A stretch of 64,000 nt of DNA. It comes from Lama guanicoe (lineage: Eukaryota). Below the pieces are notes generated by a model. The model saw only the letters and a list, made by a program, of their open reading frames with translations, was not told the origin of the DNA and ran no database searches. Both the position numbers and the translations under genes were made by a program. This document shows positions 50,494 through 62,789 of this stretch, in pieces (the first letter of the stretch is position 1; every line of letters starts with the position of its first letter). The DNA lies in contig MU057346.1 of the NCBI GenBank assembly GCA_013239625.1, positions 5,914,431 to 5,978,430 of the forward strand. Reading direction: 5' to 3'.

Positions 50494-50614
50494 GTGAATA
50501 AAGACCCTGAGTCTGTAAAGAACACCCTGGAGCACGTGGGATATTGAATCCAGTCATTTGGGAGGACTGAGTGTTTGCTGGGTTGACTGGGGCTTCCTGG
50601 AGAAGCTCATCAAC

Positions 50615-51624
50615 TCACAGGCAAGCAGTCACCTGGTGCCCTGCATGCAGAGGAGCTCTGCACTTGTGTCAGTGCCCTGGTGTAGCTGTCTTGAAGCTCT
50701 AGGTAATTTTATCTCTGAACTTGTGTTTTGTAAGTGAGGTCCCATGGGACAGTGGAGAATGCACGTGAGCAGAGGAGATACACAGCATGTGTGTCCACGG
50801 ACGCTTGCCATCTGTTGGCATACAGCATTTTCACTGTCCCGTGAGCACAGAATTCCCACGGGCCCCCAATGCATGGGAGTTCAGGGAGACTCAAAGGAAG
50901 TACAGTAAGTACCGTACATGTACTACTGAGTCAGTGAGGATCAAACAGCCCCAGGAGGCCACTCTTTTCCTTCAAACCAGAACTGGCTTTGAGCACAGAA
51001 AGAATGTAATGGCATCTAAGGAAAACAAGGGACCAGGGAGCCCCATCCTATCTTATCCTTCTTACTCATGTTCCTTCTCTGTGTTAGGCAGCCACTTAGG
51101 CTGGAAACAATGGCAGAGAAGGGAAGGGAAATATTGGGAAGCTCACAGTTCCTTTTCCTTTAGTCATTCCATCCTCATAAGTAAATCAAAGGTGGAGGGT
51201 GTTGGTAGAAAGTACGCATGTCAAGACATGGAATAAAAGCAGTGAGCTAGTTTGGTGCAGCGTTTTCACTGTGGTGGTAAGATTGAGATTCATATGCGTG
51301 TGCAAGCCATGGAATATGTATTATGTAATGTTTGTGATTCCACATACAAGTAAAATGCTCCTGTATTTGCATTTTAGACTGGCACCTCACAACACAAAGA
51401 TGAATTGTAAAATTCATGCTAATAGTTTAAAAATTTAATTTTCCTTTACTTAGAACGATGTTAAGTAGTATATAAAACGCATGATGACGAGAGAAAGGCT
51501 GTGGAAGAAAGGAAAGCTTTATATTTTAGTGCCATTAACAGCACGTTTTTCTGCTTTTTGAGCGAGGGACAACTCATCTCATTTCATTTTGCACTGGGTC
51601 CTGCACATTATGTGGCTGGCCCTG
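50615..51624. mobile_element. MER45B-like hAT-Tip100 DNA transposon (about 1 kb)
   Basis: 'tttatctctgaacttgtgttttgtaagtgaggtcccatgggacagtggag', 'ggaaaacaagggacc', right end 'tttcattttgcactgggtcctgcacattatgtggctggccctg'. Confidence 0.85.
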
Positions 51625-52629
51625 CAAAGAAGGGCAGAACCCCGCAAGTCCCTGAAGTCCGGAGCCTCTGCTCTGCTGGGCTCCGACAACGTTCTCGTTT
51701 CCAGCTTCACTTCTGTGATGATCAGCGCTCACTTTGTATTTTCTTTCCCACTCAGGTCCCAGTTTTTCTGATGATTTTTAAAGAACATTCTTCTCTTCTC
51801 CCACTCCTGTCCCCTCCCCCCACTACCATTTTTCCCACACTTCAGACATTTCAGGGGGACAAACAAGCCCATTAAGAAACGACCAGCGCTGGCCGGCCGC
51901 TGGAGTCCTGCTATGAGAGCCATCTGTGTACAGACAGGGCCAAAATAGCTCTCAGTCTCAGGAACCTCTTCGTTTTGTGGGGCAGCAGTGGGTGCCCCCA
52001 GCTGGAAAACTCACTCTTGCTTTCTGAGAAGAGGACTGTTTCTTCAGCCAAGCCGACAATTTGATGAGAACGCCATGCACGGTGGATGTTGGATGAGAAG
52101 CTATCATTCCTAACTCTGTTAGAGAGGCTCTTCCCTCCCAGTTCTTCAAATGCAGAAAGAATTGGGCAGAAACTTTAGCCTGATTAATAAATTATGATGA
52201 GTGGGTTGCTGTTATTTGACTGCAGATGACAGGAAGGGACCCCGTATATAAAGTGCATGGGAGAGATGCTTTCTCAGACTGGAACTTGTCTCTGGTTGGG
52301 GGAAGGAGGGGAAGCCATCACTACACTTGACTGCCTCCCAGGCTTCTATCCAATAGAGATGTATGAGGACTTAAAACACTGCTCAGGACTTGGTGACACT
52401 GGCACTTTCTGGGCTTTTGTTCCTGTTCCCATAGACTGCCGGTTTGGGTCCTTGCCAAATGCTGGCTGGGATCCAAGCACTCAGTGCTGTTGTATCAGCA
52501 AGTGTGGCTTTTGCTAACTAAATAGCGTGAGGAGGGAAGGCTAATATTTGTGGAATATTACTTCAGTACAACTGCAAGGCCTTCATAAGTGCCGCATTAG
52601 TGTTCAATCAATGAATGACTGACAGAACT

Positions 52630-52860
52630 TACCCTACCGGCAGATTCTGTGCCAGGCCCCATATGGTTTACCTCATTTAATTCTCATCAAGCAGCCATGT
52701 GATATGAGAATTATGACCCCCCCTGCTTTATAGTAGGAGACCGAGGCTTACCAAGAGGAGGCAATTAAGTCAAAATTATATCATAATAGAAAGCAGAATT
52801 GAAATTTCTCTCCAGGTCTTTTTCCTTCTAAAGCATGATTTCTTTTTCACTGTGCTCTGC
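52630..52860 (-). mobile_element. MIR SINE
   Basis: 'tgtgccaggc...cctcatttaattctcatc...gagaccgaggctt'. Confidence 0.7.
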
Positions 52861-53239
52861 TGTCAAATCCCAGATGATGAACTTTCTTTTCCTTCTTTCC
52901 TCTCTCTCCCTCTGCTTTCTTTCCTCTTGGCTTCCTTCCTGCTGTCTATTCAGCCACGTGTCTACCCTTTCTTCACCACACACTTAAAGAAAAAAAAGTT
53001 AAAGTACTAATTGATTTCTCATTCTAGAGTTTAGAGACCTTCAGAATCTAGTCCTGGTAAGAATAATCCCTTGCTTCAAAATCTCTAACATTTCCAGACT
53101 GATTTCCTCACTGTTTCTTAACATAATATAAACACTCCTGCTTCTGTCTCCTTCCCCCATCATATCCTTTCTCAGCCATCGCTGCAGTCATTTTCTGTAA
53201 TTCTAACCCACAGTGATCTATCCTTCCTGTCACAAATGG

Positions 53240-53412
53240 TAGCTAAAGTTTATAGAACACTTTACTTTGTGCCAGTCACTGTTATAAGTACATCGCCCAT
53301 CTTTACCAACGAGGTGGGTGCAATTGTGTGTGTGTTATTGGAGGAGGAAATGGAGGTCTGGAGTGTTGACGGCAGGTGGGGCTGAGTAATTTGCTCAAAG
53401 CACACAGGTAGT
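53240..53412 (-). mobile_element. MIR SINE
   Basis: 'tttatagaacactttactttgtgccagtcactg...ggaggaggaaatggaggtc...aatttgctcaaagcacacagg'. Confidence 0.7.
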
Positions 53413-53774
53413 GATGTAGTTGTATTACTTTCTATTGGTCGTGTCATTTGTTGCCGCATTTTTTTGAGACAGTGCTTTGGGATAGCCAACTGTTTCATAT
53501 GAATATCTTTCCAAGAACTTGATCTGCAATCTGAAGATAGATGTTATTACATCCTGCAATACTTTATAGGTTTCCCAGAGTTAAAAGTTTACTTGCTGAG
53601 CACTGAGGGTTAGTGCCCTCTAACATGACATAAAATACCCAGAAGTACACATGCCCTATTAAGCTATTAGAAAATACCTTTTGGAAGCTTAGATAACAAA
53701 TTAAACTTTTTTGAATTATAGTAATGTGGAACTAGGAGAGAGGTTTTGAAGAAATGAAAAAGTAGTCCAGGTAC

Positions 53775-54200
53775 ACTAGTTAAGGTAAAGCAAGCTTCTG
53801 TAATATACAACTTCAAATTATGTAGTGCCAAATATGCAGCTAGTGTTTTCTTGCTCTTATCAATAAGCCTTCCTGGCTGGCAGATGGCTCTCCTCCAAGA
53901 GGTGACTTGGGGCTCCATGCTTCTTTTATCTTGTGGCCCCACTGTCTTCCACATGGGAACTTTCAGGTCATGATGTTTGTCTGCATCAATGCACAGAGGG
54001 GAGAAAGCTTTGATGGTCCCACGTGGCAGGTGTGGACAGAGGAGTCCTGGATGTGGTGCCTATCACTCCCACACATATTCCATCAGCTGGGACTCTGTCA
54101 CATGGCACAGCTCCCTCAAAGAAGGGTGGGAAATGTAGAATGTGTGCCCACAAAGCATAGGGAGTGGATTTGGGGATCTTTTAGCAACCATTTCTGTGAC
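53775..54200 (-). mobile_element. Old MaLR LTR (MLT1J/K group)
   Basis: 'gctctcctccaagaggtgacttggggctcc...cttttatcttgtggc', 'tcactcccacacatattccatcagctgggactctgtcacatggc', 'gggaaatgtag'. Confidence 0.65.
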
Positions 54201-54871
54201 AGGGATGGTTAATACTTTGCTCTGCCAACTCTAATGCGTTGGGAATGGCTGTCTGGAGTGAGATGTGGAGAAGGATTTTGAGGCTGGATCTGTGCTTAGG
54301 AAGAAAGGATATGCAGATTCAGTCTTTTTGTGCACTAGGGATTGGGAGGGGGGTAATGGCAATGCACATGCCAACACTTGCTGCCCCTGATTCTAGTTTG
54401 AGGTCTCCATTTTACCTTTATTAATATATTCATCCTATGTATATGGGACAAGTGCCATGTGATGGAGATGCAAAAATGGGTAAGTCAGGGCTTTACCTGC
54501 ATGGAGGTCAGGTGGCTCGGGAGAAGGAATTTATGATGGAGTGTGGTCCCTGTGGCCAAGGGACAAGACAGAGTCCTGTGGGAATGCACAGGAAGGAGCC
54601 ATAGAGGAGGAGACAGATCAGGAGTCAATGACCTACTCAAGGTCACACCATGACTGTGCAGAAGGTTCACGGCAGGAATGCCAGGAGTCCTCATCTGTAA
54701 TGTGGGAGGCTGCCAGCTGCCTGACAGGATTGGTGGGGTAATGCATATAAAGCTCACTGCTCTCACACTCAGTGCTGAACATACATGTGCTGCTGTTCCT
54801 CTGCTTGTTCTCAAGATTCTGTCTGTCTATACCCAGCAAATGTGAACTCTTCATCAAGAGCCTGCTGTGGG

Positions 54872-55195
54872 CTTTATTCATTTACTCAACAGACATGTAT
54901 TGAGTACAGCTACTATGTGCCAGGACTGTTCTGGGAACTGGGAGTAAATCAGTGAACAAAACAGATAGAAATCCCACCTTTGTTGGACTTATGCTCTGGT
55001 GTAGGGATGCAGATAGTAAACATAACATATAAGTGAATCAGAGAATCTGTGGGCAGGTGATGAGTGCTATGAAAAATGGCACCTAGTAAGAAGGATGGGC
55101 CATACCTAGGATGGGGTGGTGGTGGCAATTAAATAAAAAAAAGGGGGTAGTCAGAGAAAGCTTAACTTTGAAGGTGACACTTGAGCCAAGACACT
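54872..55195 (-). mobile_element. L2 3' fragment
   Basis: 'attcatttactcaacagacatgtattgag...tactatgtgccaggactgttct...cagtgaacaaaacagatagaaatccc'. Confidence 0.85.
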
Positions 55196-55499
55196 TTGAA
55201 GGTGCAACACTTGGTTATATCCTCAGAAACTCCAATGGTGGGTAGAATTTATCCCCATTGCAGATAAGGACTGTGAAGCTGGTGGAGGTGAAACAGTCTG
55301 GCCAAGTTCACTTGAGGGCTGGGATTCGAACCAGGCATCTTCACCCGAAGACCCATTAAGGCTGAAAAGGAAGCAAGTGGGAGGAGACATGAGTCTATGC
55401 TTGGCGGCTAGTTGGAGGGTAGGGCTGGATCAGGCAGCGGATTCTGATGGTGTCTTCTCCCACCCTGTCCTTAATCACACTCTGTTTCCACTTGGTTTC

Positions 55500-55850
55500 T
55501 TTACTTTTGCATGCCACCTCTCTAGATGTAATGCATAATATTTGGAGCTGCAAACCAGAGAGCATTTAGTGGTCATGAAGGCTTGATAAAATGTGTACAT
55601 GGTTTTAAATATTCCATTGTAATGCATGGTAAGGCTCAGTTAAAAATGAGAGCACGTAAAAGCCTGCCGGATTTGATTGATGACACGCCATCAATATTGA
55701 TGGCCGCGAGCACATTGGGAAGTTGGGATGCTGTATTTCTGCTGTGTCCTGCTAGCTTCCAAGTCTTAGGGATGATATATCGTGTAAAAGCCCGGTATCA
55801 CGCTGCCGTTACACTGACATTAAATAATGATAATGGGGCTCAGCCTTAGT
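55500..55850. promoter_or_regulatory. Candidate conserved developmental enhancer
   Basis: No recognisable repeat; TGATTGAT PBX-HOX-type site at 55674-55681; perfect palindrome gccatcaatattgatggc at 55687-55704; 9 CpGs in 55655-55808. Confidence 0.5.
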
Positions 55851-56279
55851 TTGAAGCAAAATCAGTTTTGAGTGAAACATAGGCTCTTAGAGCCTGTGCC
55901 AAGGGGCTGTTCCCAGGGTCGTTTGCTCTGGGGCCATCCACAACAGTGCACTAGCTGCCCCTGCGTTTGAGACTGCTCAGAGGCAGGAGAACTGGGGAAA
56001 CACTTGCTCTGCCTCATGAGATGTCATTCCATGAGATGATTGAGGCAGAGACTGAGGTGATGCAGCCACAAGCCAAGCAACATCANNNNNNNNNNNNNNN
56101 NNNNNNNNNNNNNNNNNNNNNNNNNNNNNNNNNNNNNNNNNNNNNNNNNNNNNNNNNNNNNNNNNNNNNNNNNNNNNNNNNNNNNNNNNNNNNNNNNNNN
56201 NNNNNNNNNNNNNNNNNNNNNNNNNNNNNNNNNNNNNNNNNNNNNNNNNNNNNNNNNNNNNNNNNNNNNNNATAGAAAT

Positions 56280-56455
56280 ACTTCCTGTGTGACCTTGGGC
56301 AAGTTAATTAACCTTTCTATGCCTGTTCCTTCTTCTGCAAGATGGGTTGCAGTAGTTCTGTCTCACAGGGCAATTGTGAAGATTGGATCAGGAAATCCAT
56401 ATAGAGAACGTGGAACTGAGCTTGCCATGTAAGACCTCAGTACATTTTGTTATGT
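56280..56455 (+). mobile_element. MIR SINE
   Basis: 'ctgtgtgaccttgggcaagttaattaacctttctatgcctg...ctgcaagatggg'. Confidence 0.85.
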
Positions 56456-56524
56456 TCCTGCCATTCTTATTCTCATATTCATCCTTATGATTTAATGGTT
56501 CCAACTCCGTGGTGGGCTCATTAC

Positions 56525-56895
56525 ACATGGCGGTATCATTTCTTTTTCTCAAATGCCCTCAGAGAGAATGGTGGTCCAATATTTCCCACATTCTACAGAT
56601 GTAAAATGGCTCAGAGAGGTGATGTGATTTTCCAGGGACACATGGCTGACTTGTGGGAGAGCTGGACTTAGAACTCAGGACACTGTGGCTCCAAACTTGG
56701 AGTTCTTTCCACTAACAAGGACACTCATATGGCCAAGCACTGTGCTAAGACTTAACATTCATTCTTGCTAAATTATTACAATAATCCTATGAGGTAGGTA
56801 TCATTATTATCCCATTTTATGAATAAAGGAGCGGAGACTCAGAGTGATTTAGTAAACTGTCCAAGATCACACAGCTAATAAGTGGTAGAGTGAAT
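56525..56895 (-). mobile_element. Two tandem MIR SINEs (the second resumes after MLT1D at about 57395-57430)
   Basis: 'acagatgtaaaatggctcagagagg' and 'atcctatgaggtaggtatcattattatcccattttatgaataaagga...ccaagatcacacagctaataagtggtagag'. Confidence 0.8.
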
Positions 56896-56902
56896 AGTTA
56901 CA

Positions 56903-57390
56903 TGTGGTAAGCAACATAATGGCCCAAAGATATCCAAGTCCTAATCGCTGGGACCTGGGGATGTTTAACTTATATGGCAAAAGAGTCTTGGCAGATGTGA
57001 TTAAGGATCTTGAGCTGAGGAGGTTATCCTGGTTATTTGGATGGGCCCTAAGTGTATTTATAAGGAGGAGATCTGACTGTAGGAGAGAGAGAAGATGATG
57101 TGATGATAATGGAAGCAGATAGAGATTTGAAGCTGCTTTGCTGCTATCTTTGAAGATAGAGCAAGAGGTTATGAACTAAGGAATGCAGCTCTAGAAGCTG
57201 AAAACTGCAAGGAAATGGAGTTTCTTCTAGACCCTCCAGAAGGATAGCAGCCCTGCCAACACCTTGATTTTGACCCAGTGAAACCCATTTTGGATTCCTC
57301 ATGTCCAGAACTGTAAGAAAATGACTTTGTGTTCTTTTAAGCCGCTTAATTTGTGGTAATTTGTTATAGCAACAACAGGAAACAATAAAT
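56903..57390 (+). mobile_element. MLT1D MaLR solo LTR
   Basis: 'tgtggtaagcaacataatggcccaaagatatcc...ttggcagatgtgattaaggatcttgag...gccctgccaacaccttgattt...tttgtggtaatttgttatagcaacaacaggaaac'. Confidence 0.9.
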
Positions 57391-57821
57391 TATTTACCTT
57401 TCCGACTCTAGATCTGTTTGTTAACTTCTATACCTCTATTGAATGTTGGTCTTCTCAGTAAACTTGTGGCCTTGATGTGTCTGCCTTGGTGGCCACTCCA
57501 CATTAACAGCTAGCATGCAAATTGCAGATAGAGGCCATCCCAGGCTGCTCCTTCAGTGTCATCACAAACAAGTATGAGGTGTTAGAGTTTCTTGCTACTG
57601 GTGGCAGAGTCTGCAAAGGAATCTGGGTCCTGCACTCACCATTAATGGAACAGATCCCCAGTTCCTTTTCTTTTTCTCCAGGAAGCCACAGCCCTTACCA
57701 GCAGACTTAGTTTTGAGCCAGGCAAATACTGTAACCAGAAAAAGTACTAAAGAAGCTCAAGTTTAGAGCTTAAAACTGGGCAAAACTCAATGTTGGTTTT
57801 TAGCTCCTACCATTTCTTGGG

Positions 57822-58020
57822 ACGGCAGCATGGTATAGTAGAAGGAGCTTGAACTTCAGAGTCAGACCCTGAATCAAATCCCAGCATTACTGTTGACTTC
57901 CTAGTGATCTGGAGGAAGTCATTTAATCTCTCTGTGCCTCACCTTCCTTACCTGCAAGAGGAGGAAAACCAACCTGCCTTATAAGGTTGTAAGACACATT
58001 AAATGAGAGGAGTGCTTGAC
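57822..58020 (+). mobile_element. MIR SINE
   Basis: 'ggcagcatggtatagtagaaggagc...gagtcagacc...gtcatttaatctctctgtgcctca'. Confidence 0.85.
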
Positions 58021-58309
58021 ATATGATTGACTGGGGGAGGGTCGTCCCTTCTCTTCTGCTTACTTTGTCCTCACTTACGGAAACTGGGAACTGTCCTTGA
58101 CCTTTTGGGCTAAGTCCTGGCTCTGTCTTTAATTGGGTTTTTCCTAGGATAGTATCCTGCCTTGCTTGGTCCAGAACTCAAACTCAGATCATGAGTGGGC
58201 CCCTTGCTTGCTGACATCAGCATTTTGTGGTGCTGCCTTCTCTACCTTTGTGGCTGTTGGTCTCCCCTCTGGCATCTCCTCTGTCCATCTGCTCAGAACC
58301 CCTCCTAAG

Positions 58310-58900
58310 TATTAACAGGAGTTTTTCAGCAGCAAGAAATGAAAGCCCTAACTCAGCTTGTTTAAACAGAAGAGAGGATTTCTTATCTCCCATAATCCTA
58401 TAATTCTTATCTCCTGACGTGGGTGAAAAACCCAGGTTTTTTCTATCAATGTACTCTGACAATCTTTACATAATGGCTTATCTTTCAGCCTTGCTTCTCC
58501 CTGGGTAGCAAGGTGGTCCAAGTACTGCATCCAAATATGAGTGTCTGGAAGAAGAAAGGTCCTTCTCTCCTTCCTTCTTTTCTCCTTGCTTCCTTGTTTC
58601 CCCTCCCTCCCTCTCTTCCTTCTTAGGGAAAAGAAAACCTTTCCTCAATGCTCCCCTCAACCCCTTCCATCAAGTCTCACTGGCCAGCACTATGTCACAG
58701 TCTAATCAATCACTGGCTGATGAAATGGAGTAATGTGATTGGCTTAGATCATGCATTATTTACCTCCTGGGAGGAGAACTGGGGTCTACCTCCCTGGAGG
58801 CACATGGCTATGTAAGGAGGGAATAGCTACCTGAGCAAAACTTGAACTTTTTCAGGAAGGGTGAATAGTTATTGGGTAGGCAGCCAACAGTGTCTGCCTC
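58310..58900 (-). mobile_element. Old MaLR LTR (MLT1J/K/L group)
   Basis: 'gcaagaaatgaaagccctaactcagcttgtttaaac', 'gtctcactggccagcactatgtcaca', 'gattggcttaga', 'ttgggtaggcagccaacagtgtctgcc'. Confidence 0.65.
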
Positions 58901-60499
58901 ATGCAACTGTTGGCATGTGCTTGGATTTCCTGCTATGCATTGGAAGTTCTACCTGATCTCAAAATTAGAGAGAGAGCATAGTGCTCATTAAGCATGCTAA
59001 CTTGAATTGACTGGTTGTGAGTATCTGGAATAAGGTATTGAGGATTCTGGCCACATCTGGACTCAGCAGGAATGACAGCCATGATTGATTAATAATGTCT
59101 GCCAGAAGTGTGTGTTTGTCGGGGTGGAGGTTTAGCAGAAAAATGTTCTTCCTTTAAAAAAAATTTTTTTTAAAGCTGTAGGCTTTGTCTTCCTAAACTG
59201 TTTCACTTCCCAAGGACTGCTTGTGACCCTAGTTTTTAGAAACCATGTTTACATATTTCACAGGCAAATGTGTTGCAGAAAGTTAATTGGCCATTTATGA
59301 ATGGGCTCCTTGTCTCTCTGACTTCTGTCAGCCTCCCTCAAAGCCTCTGAGAAAGGGCCACAAGTCTCTGGCTTCCTCTTGGTTGAGTTCAGGCATTATT
59401 CACTGGCAAACTGAAAGCCAGGGAAGCTGCCTTGCACCATTCACGGCATCATCGTGAGAATGGTGGTCCAGGGATGGAGGATTGACTGGAGCTGCTCAGT
59501 TAGTTTTAGTTTAACTTCAAAACAAGCGCCTGAAGCCAGTCTTTCCTGTCCAGAGACTTCTTCCCCACTGAAAGAAATTTTCCACACACTTGTAATTTTG
59601 CAATTCTGGGTCTGCCAAAGCAGCAGTATTTTAATTTTAAAATCTTAGCCAATTATCAAGAGAGTGGCTTTCTTCTGGGTATCAGCAACACCATCTCTGT
59701 AACAGCCTTTTCTTCACTCCTCCGCTCTTATCTTTGGAGACTAGCCGAGTCCAGCTGCTTTGTAGATGCAATCTCCCCAGGCATGCTAATAATGGGGATT
59801 TTTTTTTTCCAGAGTAAGTTTTCATTATTTTGAGTTTTTGTCTGTTTGTCACATGTCCAACTAATTTCTCTTTGTTTTTGAAACAAAGGGTGGTTCTAGG
59901 AAAATGGAATTGCAGCAATATATTTATGTTGTTTCTGAATTCCTACTTCCTCCTCCCTTTCTCTTTTTACAGTAAATGAAAAGTAGTTTTTTTCAGGTTG
60001 TGTTTGACAAATCTCTGGACACAGTCAGATAATTTTGCATTTCTAGAGTCAGTGAACCACATGACGAAAGTTAATTAAACTGGCTAGGATAGGAGTATCT
60101 GCTGGTAGATCAGGAAAGCTGTCACACTTCTCAGAATAATCACAACTAACTTAGACACCTCAGTGCTCCTGTTGTTGTTTACCAAGTATACCATTTGGTA
60201 CTTAGAGATGCCCATAAGCCACTGTTGTCGTAAATTGTCATTAAAGGCATTAAATTATTCTGTATAAGCAGCAACTCATTGCTGTTTCTCTCTCCCCCAA
60301 AACCTCAGTTTGAAAAATTCCCAATGTACCCTAGGCCATATAGTTAAGATGGTATTGTCTCACTATCTAAACAGTGTGGTTATGTCATACTAAACACTAT
60401 GCTTCAGGATGGATCCAGGCGTTGTTATTTTAAAGCTTTCTAGATGATTCTACTGTGCAGCCAGTTTGAGAACCACAAATGTAAGAGTCTCTGCTATAT

Positions 60500-60810
60500 A
60501 GCAATCAGGATAGGGTATGTTCTGCTGCAGTAACAGTTACTAAGTCTGGCTGACCCAGTGCAACAAAGGATGATATCTAGCTCTTGTTACGTGTCCATAG
60601 TGGGTTGACTGGGTGCTTTGCTCTACCTTTTCTGCCTCTGACACCCATGCTGATGAGGTTTACCGTCTGGAGCGTCTGTGGCCATGACATAAAGAAACAA
60701 ACCTAGAAAATCATATCCAGGCTCTCAAAGCTTTCTTCTGGTAGTGGCACACTTTACTTCACCCATATTATTAGCCCAAGCCAAAGCCATGTCTGCAGTT
60801 AGTAGGAATA
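60500..60810 (-). mobile_element. Old MaLR LTR fragment (MLT1K/L-like); a MER5A 3' fragment precedes it at about 60405-60478
   Basis: 'tcaggatagggtatgttctgctgcagtaaca', 'ggctctcaaagctttcttctggtagtggcacac'; MER5 end 'gattctactgtgcagccagtttgagaaccac'. Confidence 0.55.
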
Positions 60811-61269
60811 TAGAGACCCTTAGCTGACAGATTGGCTCAGGCATATGTTTGAAGGTTCCCATCCTGGAAAATCAGCTGAACGCCAAATGGCAAGACATCG
60901 TCATGCTGCCCTCCAGCCCAACACACGATCCAGGTAGTGCTAGTGCCTTCTGTTGTGACACAAAGTTCAGGCCATGGCCCTTTAGGATAGTGAGGTTCTG
61001 ATGGTGACACGTCATCACTAGGCAAGGAAATGTTTACTTGAGCCAAGTTATCGCATCAGGGAGCTAAGATTCCTTCCAGAGAGCCGGGAATGGAGCTAAA
61101 TGGTGCCTTCATTTTCACTGGCAAAGTACACAGCAGTGGCTGTGGAAAAGCTGGAGGATGGAAGACGTGTGGAAAGGATTTGTGTTGGTAAAATATTTGA
61201 TTTTAGAAATCTGGAGTTGTCCTTAATACTCCTTGATTCCTGTGATTAAGAATAAGAGATTAGTTACCC

Positions 61270-61940
61270 TTTTTGGGCCTAGAGTCCAGAAAAGAATGTG
61301 GCTGAGTTGCACAGGAACTCAGGGGCATCATTGGAAGAGGACCTGGGCAGTGCCAATGCTGTCTGCAGGAGAAGTAGAGAAGAGGTGAAGAGATACTTTC
61401 CCATCCTCTTGGGGGACAAGAAGAAAGGCTATTTTAAGTGATCTTGTTCTTTTCCACAGATGCTTAAGGAAAATGGGCTTAACTGCAGCAGAAAGAATCT
61501 AGGTGACAGAAACATGTCCTAGTTGAGCATTTGGCCCTGGAGCTTGGTGCCTGAGCTTTAATCCTGGATTTGCCATGAATAGTAGTCTAACCCTGGGATA
61601 GTCACTTAACCTCCCTGTGCCTTTTGTAAAATTGGATAATGATAGCACCTGCTTCATTTTTTTGTGTGTGTGAAAGCTAAATGAACTAACACATGGTAAC
61701 ATACTTAGGAAAGTATCTGGCACATAGCTGCCATTTATTAAATACTCACTGTTATTAATATTATTGTTGTTATTCTGATAACTTTTCTAATGTTAGCATG
61801 ATTAAAGGGTACAGTAAAGGAACGGGAGATTTCAGTCTTTGCCTTTAGACTTTAAGAATTAGACCAACATTTATCTTGGTTGATTATATTATTCATCTTT
61901 TTTTGGATGGAGGTTCTTAGTCTAATTGAACTTTAGAAGT
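61270..61940 (+). mobile_element. L3/CR1 LINE ORF2 C-terminus/3' end, split by a MIR
   Basis: 'aatgggcttaactgcagcagaaagaatctagg' resembles NGLKLQQERFRL; resumes after the MIR at 'aacttttctaatgttagc' (NFLTVR). Confidence 0.55.
61520..61775 (+). mobile_element. MIR SINE, near full length
   Basis: 'agtcacttaacctccctgtgcc...aaatgaactaacacatg...atctggcacatag...ctgttattaatattattgtt'. Confidence 0.85.
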
Positions 61941-62789
61941 TTTCAATCACTTATGACAAAAAAAAAAAAAGAACTAAGTCCCAAGGCAGCAATGAAACTG
62001 CCTGATGGTTAGGAAAAAAAATCTCAGGCAAGCTTTTTTAGTATTCCACATCAACCCCAGGTGACTTCCCTGATGGGTATGTCAATGATAGAGGTACAGA
62101 GGTTAAACCAAATAGACTTGAGATCTGAAATTGAACCCTTAGAGCCAGCTCTCTGTGCGTCTACATCTTTGACAGCCCCTAGGGTAGATGTGTTTCCAGG
62201 AAGCAGCAGCTGCTGCATTGTGTGTTGTGCCCAGAACCTGGTGCTAGATGGTGTTTGTAAATAAAAGAGGAAGTACTCAGGGTCACATGGTGGAGGAGGT
62301 GTGCATGGTGGTTAGCCTGGAGAGGTGACTGTCCTTTCTCGGAGCTACTATACTCAACTTAGGGATATGATAGTAACTATGCTCCCCTGGCAGCGTACAC
62401 CTCCTCACATGTATCTGTGTGCTAAGGAGACCCAGTCTTTGCAAGGATCTGAGCCAATTGCCTGATAGTGGAGATGTGATATATTTTGGCCCAGATAAGC
62501 AGAGAAGCCTCAGCATGTGAGAAACAGTGACCTCATATAAAGTAAATCCATCCTAATAATTGAACAGGACTCCAAGGCAGAATCCTCATGATATGGAAAC
62601 TTTTTTTTTTTTTACAAAGAGCATGTAAGTCTAAGGTTGCTGATGGAGAATGCCAATTTGTGGAGGTGCCTGGCTCCAAACCAGGCCTGTTTATCACTGT
62701 TCATTCTGATTAGGGCTTGCTGAAAAATAAGATGAGTAGGTACAGATCATGTGGAGTCTAAGGCCTGTGACTTGGGGACAATGAGCATT

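Noticed and set aside
50787-51875. 149-aa and 124-aa ORFs, among the longest gap-free ORFs
   Set aside because: They lie in or overlap the non-autonomous MER45B-like element and have no transposase or other recognisable domain
51878-51905. GC-rich overlapping palindromes ccagcgctggccggccgctgg
   Set aside because: Too short to be a CpG island; a 10-bp palindrome is expected by chance in 64 kb
53420-53630. Possible small RNA with a short hairpin (gagggttagtgccctc)
   Set aside because: No match to any snRNA, snoRNA, tRNA or miRNA I recognise; the stem is only 5 bp
3479-56302. Long ORFs containing runs of X
   Set aside because: They read through N gaps and are not real coding sequence
59945-59972. 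Strong polypyrimidine tract plus CAG acceptor (similar motifs near 915-940 and 12520-12538)
   Set aside because: No matching donor or ORF and no transcript evidence; such motifs are common by chance
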